A stretch of DNA of 64,000 bases from Octopus vulgaris (lineage: Eukaryota): positions 86,428,001 to 86,492,000 of the forward strand of contig OX597816.1 in the NCBI GenBank assembly GCA_951406725.2. Direction: 5' to 3'. Below are positions 1-12,851 of this stretch, in pieces (position 1 is the first letter of the stretch; each line of letters starts with the position of its first letter). The position numbers and the translations under genes were made by a program. A model generated the notes under the pieces. It did not search any database. It was given only the letters and a program-made list of their open reading frames with translations, and was not told where the DNA came from.

Positions 1-696
1 TTACACTATATCCTAACTACCTTATATATGTATACAACTCCAATTAAAGCAATCAACAACTACTAGTGTCTCGGTTCAAGTATTACATTATTGAAAAAAA
101 ATTCAATGAAAACAAAATGGTAACAACTCACATTTGTACAAGAAAACATTATAAATACAATAATAAATATGGAATCGAATTATATCAATTGATCTGAAAG
201 CTACCGTGAAGATAACGTATAAGAATGATATCATCAGTATTAAGTGAAACAGAATAGGTTGTATGTAATTCATGTTAAGTTTCGAGAAGTAATGCAAATT
301 GTAGTATGTAAGAGAAAGTAAAATCTAATTATTACTCCAATTTATTTCGTATAAAGTATATTGATAAGTTACCTCTTAGTCACGTTGCTCAAATTGTCTA
401 CTTTGGTTGAGACTTTCGTGACAATTTAATTACAAAACTCAACATCATCCGGAAAACAAATATTCAGTATGTCTTAAAATTTTTTCGTTTTTGTTATTTG
501 GAATCTTTAAAATAAACCTTTTCGATATAGGGTCGATGTTTTGTTTAGGTTAAAATGATTTTGTTTTGAATTTATAGGGGTACTTCGTATATATCTACAA
601 CATTTAATGTAATAGCATCTTCTCCCTTTGTTCACGGAAAATATTGATTTCAGATCTGTATATATTTATCATACTTAGTAATGCCATAGAGATTGA

Positions 697-1099
697 AAAA
701 AATACTATTCATTTCTGAAGCAACTAATCACATAGACATCATTTATATTAACTTTACCTATGGGAAAATATTGATGATAATATTGATAATATTGATTAAT
801 ATTTTATAGAAACGCGATTATATATATAATGATACTGAAACATGCCCCTCAATGAAAATTATAATAATAAATATTTCCCTTCGTTCTGTTGCAATATTAC
901 AAAATATTCATGGTTGTTGTAATATCTGTCTCTGAATTTATTGTAAGTTATTCTTACCTTTTAGCTTTATAGATGTGCTGTTAAGATTATAAAATATTAA
1001 TCAATATTATCAATATTATCATCAATATTTTCCCATAGGTAAAGTTAATATAAATGATGTCTATGTGATTAGTTGCTTCAGAAATGAATAGTATTTTTT
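697..1099. repeat. Perfect ~112-bp inverted repeat with ~179-bp spacer (foldback/MITE-like)
   Basis: 697-808 (aaaaaatactattcatttctgaag...aatattttata) is the exact reverse complement of 988-1099. Confidence 0.9.
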
Positions 1100-1479
1100 A
1101 ATTACATGAGAGACTGTATATTGTACACTGATTTTCCAATACATATTTCGAACATTTTTGGGACAAATCGCCTTATTAAGACTTGATATTTCACATTCAA
1201 ATCCTTTGTGATTAGTCTGGCGCAAATCAACTTATTAACCCTTTAACTGTTTTGTAAATGTCAACATAATAACTAAGCAACTAGCCATTTACACGCACAC
1301 GCATGTATATATCATTACAGTTGTGACTATTTCAGGTAGAAAAGATTTTCTCAAGTGATTTTCATTTTTATATTTTTCTCTGGCTTTCTATTTGTGTAAG
1401 ATATATACCTATGGGACTGTGTGTGTGTGAAAAAAAAATCACTATGTTTATCAATTGTCAACAGGGCATAACTACAGAT

Positions 1480-1820
1480 TTCTGCACCCCTCCACCGATA
1501 TTAGATGATCATAACTTTCAGTAAAATGAATTTTCAAATGATTTTTTTTTACGAATATGCGTTATAGCATTTACATTCTGAATATGCAAAATTTGGTGGG
1601 GGAGATTTTCGGAAAATTAACCGGAGTTCTCTTCAATTCGCTTAATTTTCAGGATACTAGATATTTTAAATTAAAACCATCTAGAAATATACCCCGGACT
1701 ATGAAGATTCTGAGCATATAGAAATTTGGGGTGGAAATCAATTGGTGGTTATTTACTTCAAATTGTTTCGGAACAAAACTTCCATATTTTCTCTCTTTTG
1801 TGTGTTTGTGCATCCGTACA
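1480..1820 (-). mobile_element. Diverged inverted copy of the non-coding segment that precedes the Helitron helicase
   Basis: ccgatattagatgatcataactttcagtaaaatg (~1495-1528) reverse-complements to catttttctgaaagttatcatcatccaaaatcgg (~2633-2666); gtgcatccgta (~1808) reverse-complements to tacggatgcac (~2315). Confidence 0.7.
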
Positions 1821-2314
1821 TTTCTACTGAAACATCAGGCAATGAAGGCAAATAAAGCCCTCACCAGAAAACTCATGCTATAAATAACAGCTACATGTCT
1901 GGTACACAGATATCTATTATTAAGACGACTTATCTGTTGCATACGTTTTGTTTTTTTGTTTTCACTTTAAGTAAATTCCCAGGTAAACGTTTCTAATAGA
2001 AAGGCAGAAGACACCAGAAGAAAAAAATAAGAAATATACATGCACAGCTAAATATAGAAGTGTAAAGCATAATTTTGTCACATAATCTCTTGAACTTCTT
2101 TGAACTTTTTTTCATTATATATATATATATATACATATGTGTGTGTGCGGACACTGAGAATAAACATGTGCTTTTTTTTTCTACGGTTTCTGACCTTGGC
2201 TTCAGGGGAGATTATGAATATTAAAAAAAAAATCAACTTTTAGACCTCTTAATACACCACCTTCTTAACTTTTCTATTTTTCCCTAAATTTTACGACTAG
2301 AGTTAGGGATTATA

Positions 2315-3731
2315 TACGGATGCACACACGCACAAAGCGGAAAAAAGTGAAACAAATATGGACGATATATTCCGACCTAGTGGGGATCAGTTTGCAAAAA
2401 AAACCCAATTGTTTTTCCCCAAAATCCTAAATCCTATCCGAGATATATTTGTAGACAATTTCATTTAGAAAAATTTCCGTTTTCGCGAAAGTTAAGATGA
2501 ATTGAAATGGACCCCGGTGAATTATCCGAAATCCTTCTCACCCCCTCCTAAAACACTTACCCGGACAATTTTATATAATAGGAATCGACATAATATAACA
2601 CATATTCGTGGGAAATTTCATTAAAAAATATCCATTTTTCTGAAAGTTATCATCATCCAAAATCGGTAGTGGCAGAAAGCCTGTGGTGAGATCGTACCAA
2701 CAGTCAAAGATCTCATAATGCATGTGCTCCCAAACATTGCACAAACCTTTATCAACAGTCAATGGCTCTCTGAGCAAGCCATCTTAGCTCCCCGTAATGA
2801 TGCTGTCAACAAAACCAACTGGGATCTCTTGCAGCTGTTGCTCGGACGAGAACAGTTTTTCAAATTTCTCGACACTGTCACTGATCAGGATAAAGCTGTA
2901 GTTTTTCCAACTGAGTTCTTTAACTCTCTACAGCCATCTGGGATGCCACCTCATTGCTTAACACATAACAAGGGGACCTCAATCATGCTCCTCAGGAATC
3001 TGGATCTACCTCGTCTGTGCAATGGCACCAGGCTGTTCCTGAAGGCGATGCGACCCATGTCCTAGAGGCAAAAATTATGACTGGGAACTATTGGGGTAAG
3101 GATGTTTTCATTCCAAGGATCCTGTTAATTTCATATCATCTCCCCTTTGAATATAAACGGTTCCAGTTCGAAATTTCGCTATGTCAATGAAGAAGGACAT
3201 TCTCTCAAATTTGTTAGACTTCACCTTCATTCTCTCATGGGCAATTATATGTAGGACGTTCGCGTGTCGGAAGTCTCCAAAATCATTTCATTTATACACC
3301 AATTAAAGGAACACTGAAAACATCGTATATTTAGAAGCTCTAGATAATTAAACTGTGATTGATTTCCAGATTTGTTTTAATACGTTAGTTTATACTCACA
3401 TCATCTGATAGGATTTTTGTTAAATGTACTTATTAACAGGAGGGGAGTGCCCGCATGCTGGTTCTTCTCAACTTTATGCATTTTCAGGTTCAATATGTTT
3501 CTAAGTATTGAGAGCTGAAGGTGATTGCAAAGACAAAGAACTACTTGATATTTTTTTAACAATTTTAACAGTGAGAACGTAGGATAAAACATATTATTGA
3601 CATTAATAGTTTGTAATTCAGATCATTACTGTAGAGAACTGCATAATTCATGTTTCATGTTAGATATCTAAAAGGTACATTTAAATTTCATTATTTCCTT
3701 TAACCCTAGCAACGCCTGGTATTTATGCTAG
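2315..3731 (+). mobile_element. Internally deleted Helitron (rolling-circle transposon) remnant; 5' end uncertain
   Basis: Carries a PIF1-helicase C-terminus. Ends in a degenerate GC hairpin (accctagcaacgcctggt, 3703-3720) followed by CTAG (3728-3731) and then T, the canonical Helitron 3' end. Confidence 0.8.
2682..3347 (+). pseudogene. Helitron RepHel PIF1-family helicase C-terminal fragment, frameshifted
   Basis: ORF 2718-3065 has AILAPRN, FPTEFFNSLQPSGMPPH and IMLLRNLDLPRLCNGTRL. It continues in other frames as LEAKIMTG..GKDVFIPRI..LPFEYKRFQF, FSHGQLYVGRSRVG and IVYLEAL, all typical PIF1/Helitron helicase motifs. Confidence 0.9.
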
Positions 3732-3761
3732 TGTGTGTATATATATATATATACATATATA

Positions 3762-4093
3762 GACTTCCTTCTATTATGAATGACCATCGGTTTGCACCTA
3801 GAGAGTTGCCCTCCGAGGCATAAGTCTTGGCAAGGTTGTTTATGAAAGACCAGCAGTCGCCGATGCATACAAGCCTCCACTCTCCACGCCACCGATGCTA
3901 TTCAAGGGAAAGGCAAAGGTTAGTACGGCTTGGCACCAGTGACGGTACAACTCATTTTTACAGTTGAGTTAATAGGAGCAACGTGAAATAAAGTGTCTTG
4001 CTGAAGAAGACAACGCACAGCCCGGTCCGAGAATCGAAGTCACTAACTCAAAATTCTGAGCCCGACGCTCTAACCACTGAGCCATGCACCTTC
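3762..4093 (-). mobile_element. tRNA-derived SINE, family A (cephalopod-type)
   Basis: Minus strand starts gaaggtgcatggctcagtggttagagcgtcggg, with A-box TGGCTCAGTGG and B-box-like GACTTCGATTCTC; ~330 bp, ending at a TA tract. Confidence 0.8.
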
Positions 4094-5454
4094 TGTACAA
4101 CATGAATTCCAGATTTATATTACATTATCACCGCCTGTAGAGACGGTATTGTAATTGTCAAATGGCAATAAATCCCGCTTCCATATGAGAAAGTATGATA
4201 TCAACAATTCTCCAAAATTGACGTACAATTAAGGAAAATGACATATTAAATGTCTGGAGATAATCGAACAGCCAGAGAGACACATCCGGGTAAATAAGAA
4301 TCATCAACACAACTCGTGTGTGTGTATATGCTTATAAAACAGTTCTATATATACACATGATTTGGAGGGTAGATACGTCCTAAATATAGATCTGTCTTCA
4401 GCAGAATATGGACTACAAATATTATTGATTTAGAATGATAGGATGATGAGCAACATTGCTATCATTTTGGTTGGCATCACCCTGCGTGATGTTTAGACGT
4501 CAGAAGCACACTAGAATTTTCAAAACAATCGTTATGGCTTCCATGAATTTGTCTCCCACACTCTTCACATAAGGTGTGAAGCTGAAAATTTGTCAGTGGA
4601 AAAATTTGGGAGGGATATTTTTAGTTTCTTTAAATGATGCTAAGAAATTGTCTCCCTTAACAGGTTCCATCTTACTGTCAGGTTGTTAATACGCGCGCAT
4701 GCACATACATCAGCGTGCACACACACACACACTCACACATACACTTAATTAAAGACAGGTTTCGCAGCCGAAATGGACCTCAGAAATTTATGACATTTTT
4801 AAATAGAAATTTCCTTTCTAACCAGGAATTTTAACGTTTCAAAATCAGTATGTGCTGGAGAGTAATTGGAAGATCATAACAACCTGATTTTCACTAAACA
4901 CATTTTAATGGGAAAAAGACAAAGTTTTTGTTTTAAGTTTTATTGACTTAGTCTTGTTGAAGTTGTCCTGACCAAAACCATTGAAGTTGTTCTGATACAA
5001 GACAAATCTATACAATTAATGTTTGGCTTCCTATAGTGTACAGCGACAAAAGTATTGAATTTTCAAAGATATTATGACTGTGTAGGTGGTTTTCGCTTTG
5101 ACTGAACTGGTTAATGCTGATAATAAGAATCATAAATTATTTCCTGCTGAATTGAAAGTGTTCAAACTACAAAGATGTTTCAAGATATCCGGCAGTTTTC
5201 TGTTCCAGTCTCCCTTGCAGACTGTCTTTGTTTAGAGAAAAACAGAGTAACTACTACACTTTTAAGGTATTAAAAGTTAACATTCACGATGACAACATCA
5301 AATTTACAGTTTCAAATTATATATATCTTATATACGGGGAGAGGTGATTTATCTGCATTTTTCAAGTTTCCGTGTGACTATTGTCCATAATATATCTATG
5401 ATTTTTAAACTAGTTCGTGAGATTTTTATGAGGAAATTTAGGGATATTTAATAT

Positions 5455-7395
5455 CGGATAGAAAGTTGAATAAGGCAGTGCTTGAATTTGAACAACGCAT
5501 TGCAGCTAACCCTGACAGCAAAGTGTTCTGGAAGTATGTGCACTCAAAGCAGAGACCCCACTCTATAGTTGGTCCCCTTCGCAATCTCCACACAGGACAG
5601 ATTACTGGCAATCCCGAAGAATGTGCAGAAATCATTGCTGGATGCTATGCCGGCATCTTTACTGTCGAAGACCAAAATGTTCCATCTTCATCACCACTGA
5701 CATCGAACTCTATATCTACTATGCAATTTACACCAGCAATGCTGCAACTCCACCTTAAGAATAAACGCAATTATGCATCTCCTGGTCTCGATGGTGTTAC
5801 ATACCTACTTCTCAAACGCGGTGGGTACTTTCTTCTAAGCCAACTTTCTCTATTCTTCCAATTCTGTCTTGACAATGGTGTTACTCCAGAACAGGGGAAA
5901 ACTGCCAGTATCATCCCTCTGTTCAAAAAAGGCGACCGCACATCAGCTGTCAACTATCGCCCCGTCAGTCTTACTAGCTGCATCGCCAAACTGATGGAAT
6001 CCTGTATCAGAGAAACCCTCTGGAACTTCTGGAAGTCTCACAGCCTCATCCAGCCGTCACAATTCGGATTTATTCCTAACTCCAGCTGCTGTAATCAACT
6101 CATCGAGTTTCTTGAGGACGTTACCCAAATCACTGATCGCGGATCCTGGGTGGATGTTGTTTACCTGGACTTTGCTAAGGCTTTTAACTCTGTGCCACAC
6201 AAAATACTTATGGTGAAGCTTTCTGCGTTGGGTGTAAGAGACGAACTCTATAGCTGGTTGAAGTCCTTTATTTTCAGCCGAAAAGAGGTTGTCACAGTTC
6301 TAGGACAGCACTCTTCGCCCTATGAGATGACATCTGGTGTACCACAGGGATCTGTTCTTGGCCCCCTTTTATTTGTTGCATATGTTAATGACATAGATGT
6401 CAACTTAAAGAATGCCACAGGGCTGAAATATGCAGATGACATCAAGCTGTACCTCGAAATAAAGAGGTCAAATCCTGTACACTATAGATCTCTATTGCAA
6501 GCAGACCTGGACACAATGCAGCAGTGGATCATGGACTGGCAATTCAAGCTGGCTGTGGACAAATGTACCACCATGCATTTTGGGAGGAGAAACCCAGCGT
6601 CCACCTACTCCCTCCACAACACTAGTCTCAAAAATTCTTCATGTGAACGTGACCTGGGTGTTATTGTCGACAGTGATTTGCGTTGGACAAAACCCATCGC
6701 TAAAATTGTCAAGAAGGCTGAGGGTGTCTTAGCATCACTCACCAAATCCTTTGTGAGCCGCTCTCCGGCTATCTATCTGCGGCTTTATATAGCTATGGTA
6801 AGACCTCACTTGGAATTTGCATCACCGGTCTGGAACCCCTATCTTGCCCAGGATATCAATCGTCTGGAAGCTGTTCAGCGACGTGCAACCAAAAGAATAC
6901 CCTCCATCAGGCATTTGCCATATCCTGAACGCCTTACTTCCCTGGGCATGGACACATTGAAACTCCGACGTCTGGCAGCTGACTTGGCAGACACCCATAA
7001 AATTATCAACCATCGTACAAACAATATCTCTGAGCATCTTTTCAAACTCCACCCATCTAACACCCGTGGACATATTTACAAAGTAAGAAAACAGCACAGC
7101 TCCCATGACTTCAGGAAACATTTTTTCACGCTGAGAGTTGCTGAAGCATGGAACAAACTGCCGGCATCAGTTGTTAGTTGTCGGAGAACTGCATCCTTCA
7201 AAACCTCCATGCTTCCTGAGATTCGCCAACACTACACTTGATTTTCTCCCCTCCATACACACACAAACATGTATCTGACTCATTCATTGTTCGCTTTCCA
7301 GATATTTCTACATTACTGCATGTACTTTATATGCACTTTCTGACAAATTGTGGTGCACCTGAGCACTGTATACAATAATTTCATTATATATTATA
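5455..7395 (+). mobile_element. 5'-truncated CR1-clade non-LTR retrotransposon
   Basis: RT ORF followed by a ~150-bp 3' UTR with a small stem-loop (tggtgc-acctga-gcactg, 7351-7368) and a cattata-type tail; no APE endonuclease (5'-truncated). Confidence 0.88.
5466..7241 (+). CDS. CR1-type LINE ORF2 fragment (reverse transcriptase plus C-terminal region), uninterrupted 591 aa
   Basis: Motifs SPGLDG, PLFKKGDR..NYRPVSLTS, YLDFAKAF, GVPQGSVLGPLLF, YADD, ERDLGV, VRPHLEFASPVWNP and the CR1-type C-terminus TRGH..K..RKHFFTLRV..WNKLP. Confidence 0.92.
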   Translation: MNKAVLEFEQRIAANPDSKVFWKYVHSKQRPHSIVGPLRNLHTGQITGNPEECAEIIAGCYAGIFTVEDQNVPSSSPLTSNSISTMQFTPAMLQLHLKNKRNYASPGLDGVTYLLLKRGGYFLLSQLSLFFQFCLDNGVTPEQGKTASIIPLFKKGDRTSAVNYRPVSLTSCIAKLMESCIRETLWNFWKSHSLIQPSQFGFIPNSSCCNQLIEFLEDVTQITDRGSWVDVVYLDFAKAFNSVPHKILMVKLSALGVRDELYSWLKSFIFSRKEVVTVLGQHSSPYEMTSGVPQGSVLGPLLFVAYVNDIDVNLKNATGLKYADDIKLYLEIKRSNPVHYRSLLQADLDTMQQWIMDWQFKLAVDKCTTMHFGRRNPASTYSLHNTSLKNSSCERDLGVIVDSDLRWTKPIAKIVKKAEGVLASLTKSFVSRSPAIYLRLYIAMVRPHLEFASPVWNPYLAQDINRLEAVQRRATKRIPSIRHLPYPERLTSLGMDTLKLRRLAADLADTHKIINHRTNNISEHLFKLHPSNTRGHIYKVRKQHSSHDFRKHFFTLRVAEAWNKLPASVVSCRRTASFKTSMLPEIRQHYT

Positions 7396-9602
7396 ATGTA
7401 ACGATAAGAATTTAAACAAAACAATTTTTCAATCCTTCCCTTCTTAAACACTTAGTATTCTTACTCTTACTATATCATGTGTAAAATAATAATTTATGCA
7501 GTGAAACAAAATTATAATCAATCATATTAAATGCCCACTCTAAGCAGAAACTGACAGAGATAGAACTAAAATGATTCATAAAAGTATTCTGTTGATCAAT
7601 CATTCCACTACACAGTACCTATGTTTCAGTGAAACGTAGAAATATCTTCGACAAAATGGCTTGAAATAAAACTTTGCAAATGCAGCTAGTCAGGAGAAAT
7701 TTCTCTCTCTGAAATGTATTTTGTTCGAAAAGTTTATAACAAACATCTAAGAGATTTCTGGGAAATATTACCAAACTGTCCACCGGAGAAAATGTAATGT
7801 GGTTTTCATTTATTTTGTGAGAATTTCTCAAAGTATTGTGATATATAGAATGCGAAATTTGAAAACCGTAATTTAAAAGGATTCAATTACCAGACTACTA
7901 TTGATGTCACAGAGTAGGTGGAATAATCTAAAAACAGGACATTCTCGCTAGACTGCTGGAAATGTTAATTCCTAACTCAAAACTCTAAATTGTGGTTGTT
8001 TTGTCATAGTTACTCGTATAACCCATCTAAACAGGGATTATAGATAATGGAAAGCTAGACGATCGTTTGTATGTGAAACATTAGAATTTTCTTTCGAACA
8101 AGTAACGTAGGTCATTGATTAAGAAATAATAATAAAATCTTTGTTGAGTGATAAAAGGGGTAAGACTAAATCAAAAGAACTAAAGTTATAATAGAGTTCT
8201 TTTGACTATCTCTACAACGATATCTGTAGTGTGTGACGTCTGACGATCAATCGAGCATGGGAATCTATACGTGCTAACAAGTACATGTTGTTATCAGAGA
8301 GGTGTAAAGGACGGATATTGTCAATGTAAATGTGATTAAACAAATCGACTGAGCAAGCAAATTTTACAAGTGCAAGCTTTGACATGATGCTTATCATTGT
8401 TCCGAACTTAGATCCGAACCTCTCAAATTTGAATGTGGAGGACGAAAGTAAAAGCAAACTGAAAACACAAATTTAAAGAAAAGGTGGGATTAATTTGTAA
8501 GTATGAGCATGTTACTCAACCTATACAAAATATGTTGAACGACTTCACTTGTGTAGCTTTCTGCTGAAATAGAAACTTTTATTATATCGGTAAAAAGGAA
8601 GTCAAAAGAAATATTGAAAACTGCTGATCTACTGCTCATCTTCATACATACAGTAGATGAAGAAAACAAAATTAAGATTCGACAATTTACTACAAAATGG
8701 AATTTTAGAGTGTCTAAGTATGTAGAAATCCAATGGAAGATAATCGCTTTACTATGTCATAGAAAATAAAATAACGTGCAGCAAAACTAAAGTAAGACAT
8801 AGAGGAATATAAAGCGCCAGAACAAATAATGTTATGATGCATATGGTTCGTCGTTCTGTTAGCTATTCCAAATCGCCGCTCTGTATTTCTGCGTTTCAAT
8901 CGACAATGAAAAGTTTAGATGGAAACATTACTTTGAGCGGGATTTGATTTCAGAGCGCCGAAATTATACTACATAACATTCTGGTCAATACTCTAAACAC
9001 TTCGCAAATTCGTGAACTGGAAAAATAATATAAATAAAAACTTTGAATTTAATAAATTTATTCATTGATTCACATATGCGGCGCTCAAATTATTTGGAAG
9101 ACATGTACAAAGTCAAAAATATTTTACTATAATCGAAGTTTTTAATCTTTATTTTACCATAATTATGTTGATATAAACATAATAAAAAACAGTATCAATA
9201 ATATGAGAAAGATTAGTTTTTGTGATATTTATGATATTGAAATGTTTATTTATTATGCCGTTACATAAAAAATAAAATAGCTGAAATATCAGGGATTTTG
9301 AGATGAAGAACAGAAAAAAAGCGAGCAAGAGACCAACACATGACTAATCGATTACTTTGTTGGAGTTAGAAAGGACGAAAGCAATGGTTAATTTTATTAC
9401 CTTAAAATTCCTGTCGTGAATTTTCCAATTCTGCAAATAGCACGAAGAAGCACCCAACAACATGCCACATATTCAATGTAGGCCCATTTAGTTGCGACAG
9501 TTTTTCTACTCCGGTGTATTGTAAAATTTACTGGGAAGTGATACTTGCTTCCCTCAGTATCACGTTCACTTTGAATAAGGATCACGATGATAATAATATA
9601 GG

Positions 9603-9808
9603 TCACAAATTTTGGTTGAAAATCCAGGAATTTTTTTTGTGGGCGGGCGGGGTGTAAGTCGATTACATTGAACCCTAATGCTCAAATTGGAAAATGATTG
9701 AAGGCAAACTCAAACTTGGTAGCATTTGAACTCAGAAATAAAAAGCCAGAAGAAATGCTGCTAAGCATTTTGACCAATACGATAACGTGTCTGTCAGCTC
9801 ACCTCCTT
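9603..9808 (-). mobile_element. tRNA-derived SINE, family C, degenerate copy
   Basis: gtaagtcgattacattg..., atttgaactcagaa (B-box-like GAGTTCAAAT on minus) and gctaagcattttg...cagctcacctcc match the better-preserved copy at 44181-44392. Confidence 0.7.
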
Positions 9809-9820
9809 TATTTAATATTG

Positions 9821-9966
9821 ATTTCAGATTTAGGCATCAGACCAGCAATTTCTGGGTGATAGTAAGGCGACAATATCGGCCATAGTGTTCGACTGGTACT
9901 TATTTTATCGACCTCGAACTGATGAAAGGCGAAACTGACCTCGGCAAAATTTGAACTCAGAACGTT
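9821..9966 (-). mobile_element. SINE family C, partial copy
   Basis: gactggtacttattttatcgacctcgaactgatgaaaggcgaaactgacctcggcaaaatttgaactcagaacgt matches the family C body. Confidence 0.72.
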
Positions 9967-11740
9967 CAACTGAGAGATTAACTGGATATACCAAATCGGC
10001 AGGCCAGGTACGATTTGTATTTGAATTTTTTGATTTATTATTATCGATAAGTTACTTGAATACAGCAAATGGCAACGCTCCTTTTTATCATCCAATACTA
10101 AAATATAAATGGTGAGTGTTGATGTTTCAAGCATTTCTGGTATTATATAACAGCTACCTGTTATACAGCTTGTAATCATTTGGTCAATCACAGTTGGAGG
10201 AAGATCAAAGTTGATCCCGCTTCCTTTTTGTGTGATCAGAAGGTAAAATTACACATTTATTTAACTAGTGATATTAGTTCTGCCCATGACACTCTCTTCT
10301 ACACATTAATTAGTAAATTTACATCACTCAGGTTACATTGTATTATTTATTATATATCTGACTCGAAATTATTTTGATAGACTTACAAACTTGAATGTAA
10401 AACCAAACACGTTAGCATTTCGGTTCAGAATGTAACGAGAAATAACTAAATAACTACATCAGTGATTGTATGAATAATTTACCAATTGTGCCAATATATA
10501 CTGTTCTATAACTATTTTTCAGATTAAGGCGAGGCAATGCATTTTCAAATTGTGCACATTAGATATCGTCAACAGTTGCTTTTGGCTGGTCTTTGTGCTA
10601 ATATCTCTCAGAAAGACGAACTGCCTGACCATTATTTGTAGAATTCTAGCTCAAAATATAGGTATAGAACTAAATGCAGAAATGCATTTTCTACATTTCA
10701 TAAGGAGTAGCTGACCATTTCATAGCAAACCCTCATGTATGAAAATCATAATAATGAGTTTTAACTGGCTCATTTAGCAGAATTGTAATTCCCAATTGAC
10801 TGGTACTTTACTGGTTTCCTTCATTTACAATTTGTCAGCAGTAAACGACACATCATGTATTTGCACTGAGAACTTTGGGTTTATAACTAAGTAGATATAA
10901 TTTGTCTTCTTTACAGACGATTTGTGTCCAAAAACAGTCCTCCTGCAACTAGGAAAAGTAATATTTATATATTACTACAACCATGTCGTATTGGAAAGGG
11001 TTCAGTCGATTACCTTGACTAAAGTATTTCAGATATATTATATTAACGCCACCTCAATGATAAGGGCAAATTCAAACTCGGTGTGATTAGAGCTAAGGTG
11101 ACATAACGAGTTACCACATTGCAGGTGTTACTTATATAAGAACGATAATATTACAAATAATAACTTTTAAAAATGCGATAAAAACAATAAGCTAAAATTG
11201 GAGGTCTCTCAATAACAGTTACATTTTTTCTGAGCTATAGAATATTTTTTTCTACATTTTTGATATAGTATTTTCCTTTTTCCCATTTTCCACAAACAAT
11301 TTCAGGCGTTGTGAAATAAACAAATACATAAAAAATAAATTGAAATATTCCAACGAGAGATAGAAAAAAAAAACTAAACACTTCACCAACATTTGTATTC
11401 TGGAATGTGTGTGAAGCAATAATAAAATGCGAAATAACAAATTACTTTCTTCCACTTAACTGAAGTTTCTTAATATATATAACATGTGTTATATATATAT
11501 ATATATATATTACAGTACAAATTTTTCAGAGCGAATTTCTGGTTGTGTTGGTTTTATGCTTCTCAGAATGCACACACTTATATACACACACTTATTTTTC
11601 ATATAAACACATGGTTACACAAAACTTAATATATTTTTCTGTTTTTGTGTATATGTGCATCTCCACTGATATATGAAGGGAAAAAGAATATGTATTGGTG
11701 AGTTAATCAGTTTCATCTCATAAGAACGGATATGTACGAA

Positions 11741-11764
11741 TATCTATCTCTCTATCTATCTATA

Positions 11765-11833
<69 letters not shown>

Positions 11834-11975
11834 CTATCTAGCTAGCTAGCTAACTATCTGTATATCTATTTATATATCTATCTAGCTAGCTAGCTATATG
11901 TCTGTCTATCTATATCCATCTATCTATCCATATGTGAATATATACACATATGTATACATATAAATATATTTTGCT

Positions 11976-12030
<55 letters not shown>

Positions 12031-12051
12031 ATCGAGAGAGAGAGAGAGAGA
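11741..12051. repeat. Compound microsatellite (TCTA)n/(TAGC)n/(TA)n/(GA)n
   Basis: Directly visible tandem repeats. Confidence 0.95.
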
Positions 12052-12851
12052 CTGTGGTAGTAGGGAAGGTGGACAAGTGCTCAAAACCACCTTACACCAT
12101 AACAATGTGCTTCACTTTTGCCTAAAGTTGCTGGTCTGTAGCTCCTTGGTGTGGTACCACTTCATCAAACTGGCAAATTGCAAGAAGGAGAATATTTCCT
12201 CATCGTGACAGAGCATAGAATAAGGCATACAATTCGCTATATTGTTTGAATCTGGTTTGCAGATCTCCCTTCGTACAAGCGCACACACATACACGCAAAA
12301 ATATATAGAACTTCAGAGGTGATCCAGCAAAAACGAACAAAAGAAGACGAATCGTAATTTTAACTATTTTGATTCTATATTTCTGAATAGAGGATGCAGT
12401 CAATTCATAAAAATTTACTCATAGAATTGTATCATCAGAGCCGCTCGCAAACAGTGGAATAGTTAACTATTTGCACACTGTGTTTCTCTCAGGCAAAAGA
12501 AAAAAAAACACAGCATCCTTTTGTCTGCATAGTTGACGTGAAGTACTCCATTTCTTTCTCGTTATCCAGCTTCTGAAAGATATAAGGAAATCAGTAAATG
12601 TAAAACATCCGTTAGGTAATATAACAGCAGCTTTACACAACGTAGTGACCTCGTCTCACTCGACGTGTTAGGGTGAAGAATACAAAGTAAACTATATGAA
12701 GAACAGTATGGTTTCAACATAAACAGATAATTTATTGTGTTAGAACAATGAATATTGTGTTATATCGTTTGAGTGGATTTTTATATAGATGCATGCTACA
12801 CAAAATGACTCACATTTATATCAGTGACGGACAAGAATTATCCGCTACAGG

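Noticed and set aside
1235-1250. TTAACCCTTT piggyBac-like terminus
   Set aside because: No matching opposite terminus found.
4020-4093. tRNA-like sequence (also at 13590-13668 and 25493-25570)
   Set aside because: SINE heads with A/B boxes that continue into SINE bodies; no intact cloverleaf.
5438-7121. Minus-strand ORFs overlapping the CR1 RT (similarly at 21577-22623 and 59884-61572)
   Set aside because: Antisense shadows of LINE coding sequence.
12130-12208. SSLVWYHFIKLANCKK resembling the start of a BED zinc finger
   Set aside because: Second Cys and the His residues are absent, there is an immediate stop and no hAT context.
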